Assembly (NCBI GenBank): GCA_964458275.1
Contig: CAYWIE010000004.1
Coordinates: 3,459-67,458 of the forward strand
Source of the DNA: an uncultured Bacteroidaceae bacterium
GTDB taxonomy: Bacteria; Bacteroidota; Bacteroidia; Bacteroidales; Bacteroidaceae
Reading direction: 5' to 3'
DNA: 64,000 nucleotides
Part shown: piece after piece, positions 9,864-18,990 of the stretch
How the letters are laid out: each line of letters begins with the position of its first letter
Position numbering within the stretch: the first letter of the stretch is position 1
Position numbers and translations under genes: made by a program
The notes under the pieces: generated by a model
What the model was told of the DNA's origin: nothing
Database searches by the model: none
Seen by the model: the letters and a program-made list of their open reading frames with translations, nothing else

Positions 9864-10791
9864 TCTCTTTTGTAAGCCGTTTGCAAAGTGATTCGTGGCG
9901 GTAGTTCATATATATGAACAGTGCGCCCAAAATGAAAATCTCAAAGAACAGGTAGAGCCACAGCTCTCCTATGAGTAGCGTGAACCACAGGAACAGTGCG
10001 CGGCTGTTGAAGGTGAGTATGTTGGTGTATTTCATCAGCGGAAGGCTGCCCTTTCTGAACTCCTCGCGCAATTTCGCGGGTATACGGTTGCTGAACCTTT
10101 CGTTCACGCACTTTATGAATGTCTGAAAGGCGGGCGACATGCGTTCCTGATTGGCTGTGTAGCCTATGTAGGCGGTTAGGAATATCTTCCAGAAGAAGTT
10201 TCCTTTCCACGGTGTCTCTTTGTATCTTGCCTGCTGTGCGCGGGAGTTGTCGAATTCGTTGCCGTTGCTCTCTTTTATGAAGTAAAGATGGATGTTGCGG
10301 TAGTAGTCGGCAAGCTGGCACTGCGAGCCGTGTATCCAGAATCCGGAAAATGAACACAATATCCATATTATCACTCCCCATTGATATTCAGGGGCAAAGG
10401 GGATGGGGTTGAAGGTCTCGCGCACTGCTATTGCGAAATATATCATGAAGAACCATACGTCGCCTGCAAAGCCGTCGAGTATTCTGCCCCAACGTGTCTT
10501 CTGTCCGGTGAGACGTGCCAACTGACCGTCTGTGCTGTCGTACAGATTTGCCCACAGCAGAAAGAATATGCCGAGTATGTTCCAGCGCAATTCGGTAGAG
10601 AGGAAGCATATGCCTGCGGCTATTCCCAAAAATATTGATATGATGGTTATCACATTGGGGTGAACGTCACGGTTGCGGAAGAATAGTGCGCAGCGGTAGC
10701 CGTAGGGACGGTATATCCACAGGTCGATAAATTCCTCTGTGTCGTATGACTTTATTGTCGAGTCGTATGCTTTCTGTTCCTCTTTATTCAT
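9841..10791 (-). CDS. CDP-alcohol phosphatidyltransferase family membrane protein
   Basis: 316-aa polytopic ORF. DSTDGQLARLTGQKTRWGRILDGFAGD is a near-canonical match to D-x2-DG-x2-AR-x8-G-x3-D-x3-D. There is a 4-nt ATGA-type overlap with the upstream gene. Confidence 0.85.
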   Translation of the reverse strand: MNKEEQKAYDSTIKSYDTEEFIDLWIYRPYGYRCALFFRNRDVHPNVITIISIFLGIAAGICFLSTELRWNILGIFFLLWANLYDSTDGQLARLTGQKTRWGRILDGFAGDVWFFMIYFAIAVRETFNPIPFAPEYQWGVIIWILCSFSGFWIHGSQCQLADYYRNIHLYFIKESNGNEFDNSRAQQARYKETPWKGNFFWKIFLTAYIGYTANQERMSPAFQTFIKCVNERFSNRIPAKLREEFRKGSLPLMKYTNILTFNSRALFLWFTLLIGELWLYLFFEIFILGALFIYMNYRHESLCKRLTKEIENGKYN

Positions 10792-11624
10792 TGTCTTGTC
10801 TTTTTCTTTATTATTAGCTCTGCAATCTTTTCGGCAGCCTCTTCTCTGTATGCCGAAAAGCTCGGACAGTCGTTGAAGTCTATTATATAAACTTCGCTGT
10901 CGGGGGCGACTATGCAGTCTCCGCCGAAAATCTCCACTCCTATTGCTGCTGCGGCTCTGAATACGGTTGTGTGCAACTGCTTTTCGTCGAATGGATACCC
11001 GTGCGCTCTCCCGTTTATCTTCTCTTGTCCGAATTTGCTGTCGGTGGGGTAGTGCAGACGGAAAAAATTGTCTGCTGCGTCGGGCGATTTTATGCCATAG
11101 AATTTTATCAGGTCTCCTTTTATGTGCTCGCAGTAGATTGCTTCGTTGATGCCTCTGTCGCAGAGCCTCTTTGCGGAGTCTTTTAATTCCGCTTCATTGG
11201 TTATATATTGCACGTCGTCGGGGTGATTGGACCACCCTATGCTTTTTTTCAGCCATCCGGGGTATTTTAGTCCGCGCGAGGCAGGGATGCTTGTGTCGAG
11301 CAGCGCGTATGGCGGTTGTTTCATTCCTGCTCTTGCGAGTATTTCTGTGAATGTCCGTCTCGAACAGTTCTTTGTGCTCTCGCTGCTGTTTATGGCTATG
11401 ATGCCTTTTCTTTCGCATGCAGCTATTTGCTCCAGTCTCTGTGCGGTGCGTGTCATGTGGACGATTATTTCGCACTCCGATGGAATTTCTTCTCCTGCGC
11501 CAACTGTTTTTGTGCAATGACCGCGCTCCGATAGCTTTTCTGCTATCAGATGGAACAGTGCCATGTCCTTGTCGGACATGTTTGGCGAGTCGGCAGAATC
11601 TCTCGGTATTGCGGCAATCCTCAT
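10788..11624 (-). CDS. hypothetical protein, possibly ATP-grasp fold
   Basis: 278-aa ORF. The C-terminal GGDCIVAPDSEVYIIDFNDCPSFS resembles the ATP-grasp motif (viDiN.fPg). I recognise no closer family. It is translationally coupled on both sides. Confidence 0.45.
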   Translation of the reverse strand: MRIAAIPRDSADSPNMSDKDMALFHLIAEKLSERGHCTKTVGAGEEIPSECEIIVHMTRTAQRLEQIAACERKGIIAINSSESTKNCSRRTFTEILARAGMKQPPYALLDTSIPASRGLKYPGWLKKSIGWSNHPDDVQYITNEAELKDSAKRLCDRGINEAIYCEHIKGDLIKFYGIKSPDAADNFFRLHYPTDSKFGQEKINGRAHGYPFDEKQLHTTVFRAAAAIGVEIFGGDCIVAPDSEVYIIDFNDCPSFSAYREEAAEKIAELIIKKKTRQ

Positions 11625-12319
11625 TCTTCCTCTATGAATTTTTCGGCTTTAGCAATGTCGCTTGCGTGGTCGATGTCTATAATCTTTTCTATCGGGTGTG
11701 CCTTTAGTCTCAATCCGTCGGCAATGAGGGCGCGCTGGAAGCTGCGCATGCGGGTTTTCCCCTCTTTCATGCATCTTTCAAGCGTGTCGAGCGCCTTTTC
11801 GGTGAGTCCGTATATGCCGCCCGATATATAATGGCAGCCGGGCTGTTCGCTGTCGTGGAATCCGGTTATGCGGAGTGCATCGCCGGTGCTCACGTAGAGC
11901 GGCTTCTCGTCGTCGATGTAGGGGGTAACTGCCATTATGCCGTCGCCGTTGTCCTGTTCGAGAGTGGTGATGTAGTCCTGAAAATCTTTTTCTCTGAAAA
12001 TTGTGTCGACGGTGGTCAGACAGAACTTGCCGCCTCGCAGCAAGGGGCTCAGTTCGTAGAGGCTGTGCATGGAACCGGGTGTGTCCTTGACGACAATGTT
12101 TATGGGGAATTCCCTGCGCAGTTCTTCGAGCAGTTTGAGGGTTTCGGGCTGCCGGCTGTTGATTATTATGCTGATTGATTCGGCATTGTGGCGTCCGAAC
12201 ACTCTTATGAGGCGCTCGATTATAGGTACACCATCAAGCGGCACAAGGGGTTTGGGGTACGATACGCCCTCCTGTGCCAGCCGTGAGCCTTCTCCTGCCG
12301 CTATTATGGCAAATTTCAT
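11621..12319 (-). CDS. sugar/alcohol-phosphate nucleotidyltransferase (NTP-transferase domain)
   Basis: 232-aa ORF. The N-terminus MKFAIIAAGEGSRLAQEGVSYPKPLVPLDGVPIIERLI carries the GxGxR nucleotidyltransferase signature seen in the GlmU, LicC and IPCT families. Confidence 0.8.
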   Translation of the reverse strand: MKFAIIAAGEGSRLAQEGVSYPKPLVPLDGVPIIERLIRVFGRHNAESISIIINSRQPETLKLLEELRREFPINIVVKDTPGSMHSLYELSPLLRGGKFCLTTVDTIFREKDFQDYITTLEQDNGDGIMAVTPYIDDEKPLYVSTGDALRITGFHDSEQPGCHYISGGIYGLTEKALDTLERCMKEGKTRMRSFQRALIADGLRLKAHPIEKIIDIDHASDIAKAEKFIEEE

Positions 12320-13413
12320 TCGTCGTCGTTTTGTTGCAGGTTCAGGCGGTTGCTGTCGTCGCGCTTTTCGAAGTATTGCTTGCGCAACGGGTTGCGGTGG
12401 GCGTATGAGTCGCTGCGTCGGTTGCGGTAGATGTCAATTGCTGTATATATTGCCTGACGGAACGAGTTCTCGTCGGCACATCCTTTGCCGGCAATGTCGT
12501 AAGCCACTCCGTGAGCAGGGGAGGTGCGTACTATGGAGAGTCCGGCGGTGAAGTTCACTCCGTCGTCCATGCCCAATGCTTTCATGGGGGCTAATCCTTG
12601 ATCGTGGTACATTGCGAGTATTCCATCGAAGCGTGCGTAGTTTCCGCTGCCCATAAAGCCGTCGGCAGGGAAGGGGCCGTAGCAGAGTATTCCCTCTTGG
12701 CTCATTTTCTTTATTGCAGGCTTGATAATCTCTTCTTCTTCGCTGCCTATGAGACCGTTGTCGCCGGCGTGGGGGTTGAGTGCAAGCACTGCTATCTTAG
12801 GGGCGTTTATGTTGAAGTCGACTTTGAGGCTTTCGTTGAAGAGCGTGATTTTCTCTTCCAGCAGTTCGGGGGTGATGGCTGCGGGTACATCGCGCAACGG
12901 CAGATGCGATGTGGCAAGTGCGAAGCGCAGCTCTCCGCTGCACAGTATCATCAGTGCCTTTTCTTCGCCGCCCATACATTCCTGCAGATATTCGGTGTGT
13001 CCGGGGAAATTGAATTCTTCGCTCTGTATCGCTTCTTTGTTTATGGGAGCTGTAACAAGCACGTCCACTTCGCCCTCCTTGCAGGCTGTGATGGCCTTTT
13101 CGAGGGCTTCGAAAGCTGCCTTTCCGCTCTCTTTGGTGACTGAACCAAGCTCTATGTGTACTTCGTCGTCGTTGCAGTTGATTATGTTGAGACGGTCGCC
13201 AAGCGCTTCGGATATATTTTCAATAGCGTTGTATTGTGTGGGCAGTTCGAGTGCTTTTCTGTGGTATGCTGCCAATTTGGGCGAGCCGTAGACTATGGGT
13301 GTGCACAGTTCGAATATCTCCGGGTCGGCGAAGGTCTTGAGAATTACTTCGTATCCTATTCCGTTTATGTCGCCTTGCGTGATGCCTATGCGTATTTTGC
13401 GTTCTTCGCTCAT
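12316..13413 (-). CDS. pdxA: 4-hydroxythreonine-4-phosphate dehydrogenase
   Basis: 365-aa ORF with the PdxA motifs ITQGDINGIGYEVILK, FPGHTEYL, LNPHAGDNG and RTSPAHGVAYDIAGKG. Confidence 0.9.
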   Translation of the reverse strand: MSEERKIRIGITQGDINGIGYEVILKTFADPEIFELCTPIVYGSPKLAAYHRKALELPTQYNAIENISEALGDRLNIINCNDDEVHIELGSVTKESGKAAFEALEKAITACKEGEVDVLVTAPINKEAIQSEEFNFPGHTEYLQECMGGEEKALMILCSGELRFALATSHLPLRDVPAAITPELLEEKITLFNESLKVDFNINAPKIAVLALNPHAGDNGLIGSEEEEIIKPAIKKMSQEGILCYGPFPADGFMGSGNYARFDGILAMYHDQGLAPMKALGMDDGVNFTAGLSIVRTSPAHGVAYDIAGKGCADENSFRQAIYTAIDIYRNRRSDSYAHRNPLRKQYFEKRDDSNRLNLQQNDDE

Positions 13414-13423
13414 GGTCGTGGTG

Positions 13424-14482
13424 TTATTTTATAGTGTCTTCTATTATTATTTCAGGTATCTGCATGCTGTTCTCTATCTGTTTGTCGGCAGGGAGCTTGA
13501 GCGAGAAGAGGGCAGCCTCAAGCTGGCGCATCATTTGGCGTTTCTTTGTGCCGGGGGCATACACGAATGCTTCGGCGACAATTACTCTGCCGTTTACCTC
13601 GTCAACGAATGAATGTGATACAAAGGGGCCGCCCATCATGTCGTTCTCCATTGCCCAAAGGCCGCGTGCTTCCTGCATGTATCTGTCGCGGAAGGATTTG
13701 TCCTTTACGGTTACAAGCAGCGAATCGGTGGTCATGTATCTGTCTGCCTTGCCGCGGATATGTTTTTTGAGAATCTCGTTGCGCTTCTTTACGAAATATT
13801 CGTGAGTGAATGTGTTCTTGTCGGTGTATGGGAACGAATATACAACAACGTTCATTATGGTCTCTTTGCTTGAATTGTTCATGTCCGATACCCATAAGAA
13901 GTTGTCGCGGCTCATTATTGCTGTGAGTGATGCAGGTATGTGCATGTCGCAGTCGAACTTCTTTTGTATTGAATCGAGGAATGCTCTGTTGTACTCCTTC
14001 TTCAGGTTGTCGAGCTCGCGGTTCATCTCCGCAGAGGTAAAGAAATCTATGATGGTCTGTTCGTATTTCTCTACAAACTCCTGCAACTCGGTGGCATTGG
14101 GGCTTTGTATGGTAAGCACCATCTGTGGTGTGGCGTATTTGTCGCGTGTGTATTTGAATTTCGGCTGCGTGTAGCGTGTAGGGTCTATCTGTATGTCGAT
14201 GATGTTGCGATAGGGCTTGAAGATGTGCGTGAATGCCGCATGGCTTGTTTGGGATACACGGAACGCGGCTTCGGGCTGAGGAAGTCCGGGTACATCCGGG
14301 GTGATTGCGTTGTAGAGAGCGCGACCGGCTGGTGCGTCCCAAAGGTCTTGGTCGCAGACTACAAGCAGCTCATACGGTGTTCCTACTGAGGTCTGCATGA
14401 AGAGTCCGGCGCTGCTTCCGCCGCCGCTGTTGCAGCTTGCTAATAATATGGCTGTCAGTAATGAGAAAATCAGTTTCTTCAT
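13424..14482 (-). CDS. hypothetical lipoprotein (possibly DUF4837-like)
   Basis: I moved the start to the internal MKKLIFSLLTAILLASCNSGG lipobox. The longer track ORF (to 14548) would overlap the rlmN 3' end. The family assignment is tentative. Confidence 0.6.
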   Translation of the reverse strand: MKKLIFSLLTAILLASCNSGGGSSAGLFMQTSVGTPYELLVVCDQDLWDAPAGRALYNAITPDVPGLPQPEAAFRVSQTSHAAFTHIFKPYRNIIDIQIDPTRYTQPKFKYTRDKYATPQMVLTIQSPNATELQEFVEKYEQTIIDFFTSAEMNRELDNLKKEYNRAFLDSIQKKFDCDMHIPASLTAIMSRDNFLWVSDMNNSSKETIMNVVVYSFPYTDKNTFTHEYFVKKRNEILKKHIRGKADRYMTTDSLLVTVKDKSFRDRYMQEARGLWAMENDMMGGPFVSHSFVDEVNGRVIVAEAFVYAPGTKKRQMMRQLEAALFSLKLPADKQIENSMQIPEIIIEDTIK

Positions 14483-14493
14483 AATTTGTGGCT

Positions 14494-15540
14494 TTATGTG
14501 GTTTGCTTTTTTTCGTTGTTCTGCTTCAGGGTGGACAACATTCCGCATGCCGCGAAAATGTCTTCGCCGCGCGATGCTCTTATTGTGGTGAAGATTCCGT
14601 TCTTTGTGAGGTAATCGCGCAGACGGGTCATTTCCGGCTCTGATACCCCTTCCAATGGGACGGACGGAATGGCATGGTAGCGTATCAGATTGACGCGGCA
14701 GTCGAGGCCTTCGAGCAGCTTCAGCAACTCGCGCCCATGATAGAGCGTCTCGTTTACTCCCTTGAATACGATGTATTCGAATGTGAGCCTTCTTTGATGG
14801 CTGAAGTCGTAGTTGCGTAACAGCTCAATGACCTCCTTAATGGAATAACCTCTCTCGGCAGGCATTAGTTCGCCGCGCTTTTCGGGAATGGGGTGGTGCA
14901 GGCTGATTGCAATGTGGTAGTCTCCGGCTTCCAGCAGCGGTTTCAGCCCCTTGCGTATTCCTACCGTAGATACGGTTATGCGGTGAGGGCTCATAGCCGC
15001 TCCATAGTCTGCTGTGAGGATTCTGATGGCTTGCAACAGGTTGGAGAGATTGTCGCATGGCTCTCCCATGCCCATGAAGACAAGGTTCGTGAGTTTGTCG
15101 AACTCAGGCAATGCAAATATTTGATTGAGTATTTCGTTGGCGGTCAGGTTGGCAGTGTAGCTTTGTTTGCCTGTCATGCAGAAAAGGCAGTTCATCTTGC
15201 AGCCGACCTGCGACGATATGCATAGTGTGGCTCTGTCGCCGTCGGGTATATAGACAGTCTCCACAAAGCGGTTGTCGCTTGTGGCATAAAGGTATTTTAT
15301 GGTGCCGTCTGCCGAATGTGCCGCCTCTACGGGAGGCTTTATTCCTATTTCGTATGATGCTGCAAACTTTTCGCGGTTCTTTACCGAGAGGTTTGACATC
15401 TTGTCGATGGAATCTACTCTCTTCTTGTATATCCAGTCTGCAATCTGTTTTGCTGTAAAACGCGGCATGCCCTCCGCAGCAACCGCATCTTGCAGCTGCT
15501 CCAAAGTCATTCCCAATAATTGTTTTTTTTCTTCGCTCAT
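14494..15540 (-). CDS. rlmN: 23S rRNA/tRNA (adenine-C2)-methyltransferase, radical SAM
   Basis: CKMNCLFCMTG radical-SAM cluster motif and RlmN-like sequence throughout. The start is set at MSEEKKQLLGMTLEQL (ATG 15538-15540). The 71-codon upstream extension in the track reads through a repeat element. Confidence 0.9.
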   Translation of the reverse strand: MSEEKKQLLGMTLEQLQDAVAAEGMPRFTAKQIADWIYKKRVDSIDKMSNLSVKNREKFAASYEIGIKPPVEAAHSADGTIKYLYATSDNRFVETVYIPDGDRATLCISSQVGCKMNCLFCMTGKQSYTANLTANEILNQIFALPEFDKLTNLVFMGMGEPCDNLSNLLQAIRILTADYGAAMSPHRITVSTVGIRKGLKPLLEAGDYHIAISLHHPIPEKRGELMPAERGYSIKEVIELLRNYDFSHQRRLTFEYIVFKGVNETLYHGRELLKLLEGLDCRVNLIRYHAIPSVPLEGVSEPEMTRLRDYLTKNGIFTTIRASRGEDIFAACGMLSTLKQNNEKKQTT

Positions 15541-15601
15541 CAAAAAAATGTTATTTAAGATTATAGCAGAAACTCTGTTTGCAAAGATACAATTACGTTC
15601 G

Positions 15602-15685
15602 GAAATACCAAAAACGAACTCAAAGAAACCGAAATAAACTCGCGAATATAGAAACATTGTCGAGTAAAATTCAAACAGCTTCTTA
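15602..15685. repeat. copy of the GAAGCTGTTT repeat family (long form)
   Basis: The reverse complement of 15602-15686 aligns by eye at roughly 80 percent identity, with two small indels, to 39762-39847. It ends ...AAATTCAAACAGCTTC followed by TTA. The left end (around 15569) is degenerate. Confidence 0.7.
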
Positions 15686-15885
15686 GTGTTGACGGGTGTT
15701 GGTGTAAGAGGCATAGTCAATGGTAATGTCGTAAATAGTGAAGGCTGTGGCAAAAAAAGACTGCTTCTTATAAATTATACACTACTGTTCCTTTTCTCGA
15801 AATATTAGTTGGGCATTTGGAAATTTTAAGGTTCCTGTCGTTATAAAAAACATGTAAAACATTGCTTAATATAAAAAAAAACACG

Positions 15886-15893
15886 TATCTTTG
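15886..15893 (+). promoter_or_regulatory. candidate -7 box TATCTTTG for the large lipoprotein gene
   Basis: Matches TAnnTTTG, 89 nt upstream of the ATG at 15982. Confidence 0.45.
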
Positions 15894-15907
15894 CACCCTG
15901 AATTTTG

Positions 15908-15941
15908 TTAGAGTAAGATATAAGTTGGAGTAAGATATAAG
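15908..15941 (+). repeat. tandem 17-nt direct repeat in a 5' UTR
   Basis: TTAGAGTAAGATATAAG followed by TTGGAGTAAGATATAAG, with one mismatch. It lies just downstream of the candidate -7 box. Confidence 0.9.
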
Positions 15942-15981
15942 ATAGAAGTATAATTTAAATTTTTAACTAAAAGTGTTATTT

Positions 15982-18903
15982 ATGAGAAAACAAATTGTAA
16001 ACTTACTCACTGTTGCAATGCTTGCACTTACAGTGGGAACAATCTTCTCTTCTTGTAAGGACTATGATGATGAAATCTATGCAGATTTGAAAGGTCAGAT
16101 AGTTGATATGAATTCAACTTTGAGTGACCTCATCAATGCACAAGGTGAGGATTTAATTGAGTTGAGAGATTCGTTGAACAAAGCAAAAGAACGCTGTGAT
16201 GACAGATTGAATAAGGTAAATACTTCATTGAAGAATAAACAGGATTCAATCGTTGCGCTTGATAATAGAATTAAGGCGCTGGAAGCAGACACAGCTAATT
16301 ATGCAACTAAAGTTGAGCTTGAAAAAGCAAAGAATGCATTAAATGATAGTATTGATGCTCTTGAGACCGAACTTAAAGGTATGATTGCAGACTTGGCAAC
16401 CAAAAGCGAATTAAACGCAGCTATAGAGTCTGTAAACGAAAAGATTCAAACTAACTTGGATTCTATAAATAGTTTTTATGGTCAGATTACTACTATAAAC
16501 AATAATTATACAACCATAAAAAATACAGTTTCTACGCTTGAAGGCAGGGTTGGTACTTTGGAATCTAATATGATCTTGAAGTCTGATTTTCTCAATGTTC
16601 AGACAACTGCAAACAATGCAAAAGCAAAGGCTGATGCAAATAAAGTGTCAATTGACAGTTTGGGTGATTTGATTGATAAAATCAAGTCATGTGCTTGTAT
16701 AGACTTGACAGACCGTTTGACTAATATAGATACGAAACTTAAAAACGATTCTATAAGATTGAATGGTATAGATGAGGATATTGCAGAAGTTAATGAAAGA
16801 ATAGATAACTTGAAGATGGATTCCGTTATTAATGCGGAAATTACTAAGATTGCAGGTGTTACTGAAGAAGGCGCTACTGTTCCTACTATTAAAGATTTGA
16901 ATGATGCATATCAAAAAGCCGATCAAGTAGCGACCGATAGTATTGATGCTTTAAGAGAAAAATTGAATGAGCTAACTGAAAGACTCGACTCTACTATTAA
17001 TAGTTTGAAAGATGAGATTGCAGATGTTAAGGATGCGCTTAACAAGCGTATCTCAAGCGTAGTGCTTCAGGGTGCATACAGCCCCGTTGTAGGTTACTTC
17101 GCATTGCCTACCGGTGTGAAGTCAAACATTCTCGCTGCATACTATGGCATGCCCATGTTTGACGTTAACTTCCCCACTGCGTCAACAATCCGCTATGTAG
17201 ACGCAACTGTGGTATTCGACGAGAGAACAATGGAACTTCTCGGATTTGACGAGAACGACGGAAGCTTCTCCGCAGGCGTTTCATATCCCGCAAACCAGCC
17301 TCTTGTAGCTGATACAGCAAATGCAGGTAAACTCTATATGACAATCAACCCCAACGATGTAGACCTCAGCGGAACAACATTCAAATTGGTCAACAGTCTT
17401 GGCGAAGAGTCTTCCGCAGTGTTGGGCGAGGCTAAAAAATCTTCTGATAAGCTTACATTCGGCTATACACGTGCCGGTGCAGACAACGGTTTCTATGAGA
17501 TTACAGCAAATATTGCTTCAGACAAAGCTCAGGATGCCACAGTCAGAATCAACAAGAACGATATCAAAGATATTGTAAACGAATTCAAGAACTTCTCTAA
17601 TGGTATAAATATCAACGATGTTGCTACAAAATTGTATTCTGTAATCAATGACATTGCCGATGCAAATGCAATCGAGGCTACATGGACCGATTCACTTGGA
17701 GAGCACAGTGTATATTCAGATTACGGCATTGCAGCAGTCTCTGTAGAGCCCCTTTCATACAACTTTATGAAAGATGTAAACATGACATCTTTCCCCGGTC
17801 TCAACAGAGTAAGCAACTTGGTTAATAATATCATAGATAAGGTGAATATCTCAATCCCCGACTTCGGAATCGGAGAAATCAAAGTTCCTGAGATCTCTAA
17901 AATCGAGATTAAAGACCTTTCACCCGAATTGTTGGCTAAGTTCAACATAACAATCACCAAGACTGTAGAATACGAGCTCGACTTGGATGTACCCGTTGAT
18001 GATGTAATCGTGAAAGGTCAGAACATCAATGTTCCCGGTACAGTAGTTGTTGTTCCTGCTCAGAAAATTACTGTACCTTCAAGAGAAATAGATGTAGTAT
18101 TCTCTGACGGAACAACCGGCAAAACAACAATCCCCGCTCAGCAGGTAAATGTTCCTGAGCAGGAGGTAACAGTTGACGGCAAAACAGTATGGGTTGAGGG
18201 TCAGACAATCAAGATTCCTAACGTGAAATATAAAGATACTCTTTACATTCCTGTTGAGGTTTCATACGATATGCGCGACGCAGTAGAGGACTTGTACGGT
18301 GAAATGACCGGTTCAATCGAGGATGTTAACAAAATGCTCGGCGAACTTGAGGAGTTTATGGACGACATCAACAATATCTTGAGCGACCTTAAGAAAATCG
18401 AGGATATCGAAACATCTATCGTTGACGCAAAAGATAAAATCAAGAGCGAACTCAACAAGTATATCGACAAGCTTAACAACAAACTTTGCAATCTTGTAAA
18501 TTCAATCAATGGCAAGATGCAGCCTACAATGCTTGTTAAGACAACCGATGGCTTCAGCATGTTGAGCACAATCAAGGCTAAACCTTCTGTATTCAATGCT
18601 GAAGACGCAATACTTGTTCCCACAAGTTTCAATGCTGAGATTCTCGCACCCGCGTTCAAGAAGTACATTGCAGTAAGCAACGTTATCAACGCGGAAACAG
18701 GTGCAAATGCATACGATGGCGATGCAACTTGTGTAAGCGCTCTTAAGGCTGCTAACAGCGGTGATCTGAACAAAGTGCTTGAAGGCTCTACAAGAGAAGT
18801 GTCATTCAATGGTCAGGCAGGATACATCTATGAGATTGTATATTCAGCTGTTGACTATGATGGATTTATCTCAAACTCTAAGTATTACGTAAAAATTCAG
18901 TAA
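15982..18903 (+). CDS. large surface-exposed coiled-coil lipoprotein, function unknown
   Basis: Start taken at the ATG of MRKQIVNLLTVAMLALTVGTIFSSC. The lipobox Cys is followed by KDYDDE, an acidic lipoprotein-export-signal-like stretch. The first 350 aa are heptad-like and rich in K, N, D, E, L and I. A second coiled-coil segment lies near aa 770-850. Confidence 0.7.
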   Translation: MRKQIVNLLTVAMLALTVGTIFSSCKDYDDEIYADLKGQIVDMNSTLSDLINAQGEDLIELRDSLNKAKERCDDRLNKVNTSLKNKQDSIVALDNRIKALEADTANYATKVELEKAKNALNDSIDALETELKGMIADLATKSELNAAIESVNEKIQTNLDSINSFYGQITTINNNYTTIKNTVSTLEGRVGTLESNMILKSDFLNVQTTANNAKAKADANKVSIDSLGDLIDKIKSCACIDLTDRLTNIDTKLKNDSIRLNGIDEDIAEVNERIDNLKMDSVINAEITKIAGVTEEGATVPTIKDLNDAYQKADQVATDSIDALREKLNELTERLDSTINSLKDEIADVKDALNKRISSVVLQGAYSPVVGYFALPTGVKSNILAAYYGMPMFDVNFPTASTIRYVDATVVFDERTMELLGFDENDGSFSAGVSYPANQPLVADTANAGKLYMTINPNDVDLSGTTFKLVNSLGEESSAVLGEAKKSSDKLTFGYTRAGADNGFYEITANIASDKAQDATVRINKNDIKDIVNEFKNFSNGININDVATKLYSVINDIADANAIEATWTDSLGEHSVYSDYGIAAVSVEPLSYNFMKDVNMTSFPGLNRVSNLVNNIIDKVNISIPDFGIGEIKVPEISKIEIKDLSPELLAKFNITITKTVEYELDLDVPVDDVIVKGQNINVPGTVVVVPAQKITVPSREIDVVFSDGTTGKTTIPAQQVNVPEQEVTVDGKTVWVEGQTIKIPNVKYKDTLYIPVEVSYDMRDAVEDLYGEMTGSIEDVNKMLGELEEFMDDINNILSDLKKIEDIETSIVDAKDKIKSELNKYIDKLNNKLCNLVNSINGKMQPTMLVKTTDGFSMLSTIKAKPSVFNAEDAILVPTSFNAEILAPAFKKYIAVSNVINAETGANAYDGDATCVSALKAANSGDLNKVLEGSTREVSFNGQAGYIYEIVYSAVDYDGFISNSKYYVKIQ

Positions 18904-18930
18904 TCAGAGTATACGAAAAGTGTATTTCAT

Positions 18931-18967
18931 TGAAAAGGTGGAATAGAACCACTGTTTCACCTTTTCA
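18931..18967 (+). terminator. weak hairpin between the lipoprotein and ompA-like genes
   Basis: TGAAAAGGTG pairs with CACCTTTTCA across a 17-nt loop. Confidence 0.35.
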
Positions 18968-18990
18968 TAAATCTATAAAAACAAAAATTT

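Noticed and set aside
14494-15753. Long N-terminal extensions in the ORF track for rlmN. The same issue affects 13424-14548, 25441-26733, 27480-29636, 29686-30516, 43148-44167, 44337-44849, 49019-50101, 61091-61927, 20142-21290 and 15973-18903.
   Set aside because: In each case an internal ATG gives the canonical family N-terminus or a proper signal peptide or lipobox. The extension overlaps a neighbouring gene, a terminator hairpin or a repeat element. I shortened the starts accordingly.
15908-15941. Possible CRISPR-like or other array signal from short direct repeats.
   Set aside because: There are only two adjacent 17-nt units with no spacers, and no cas genes in the window. I treat it as a simple tandem duplication in a 5' UTR.
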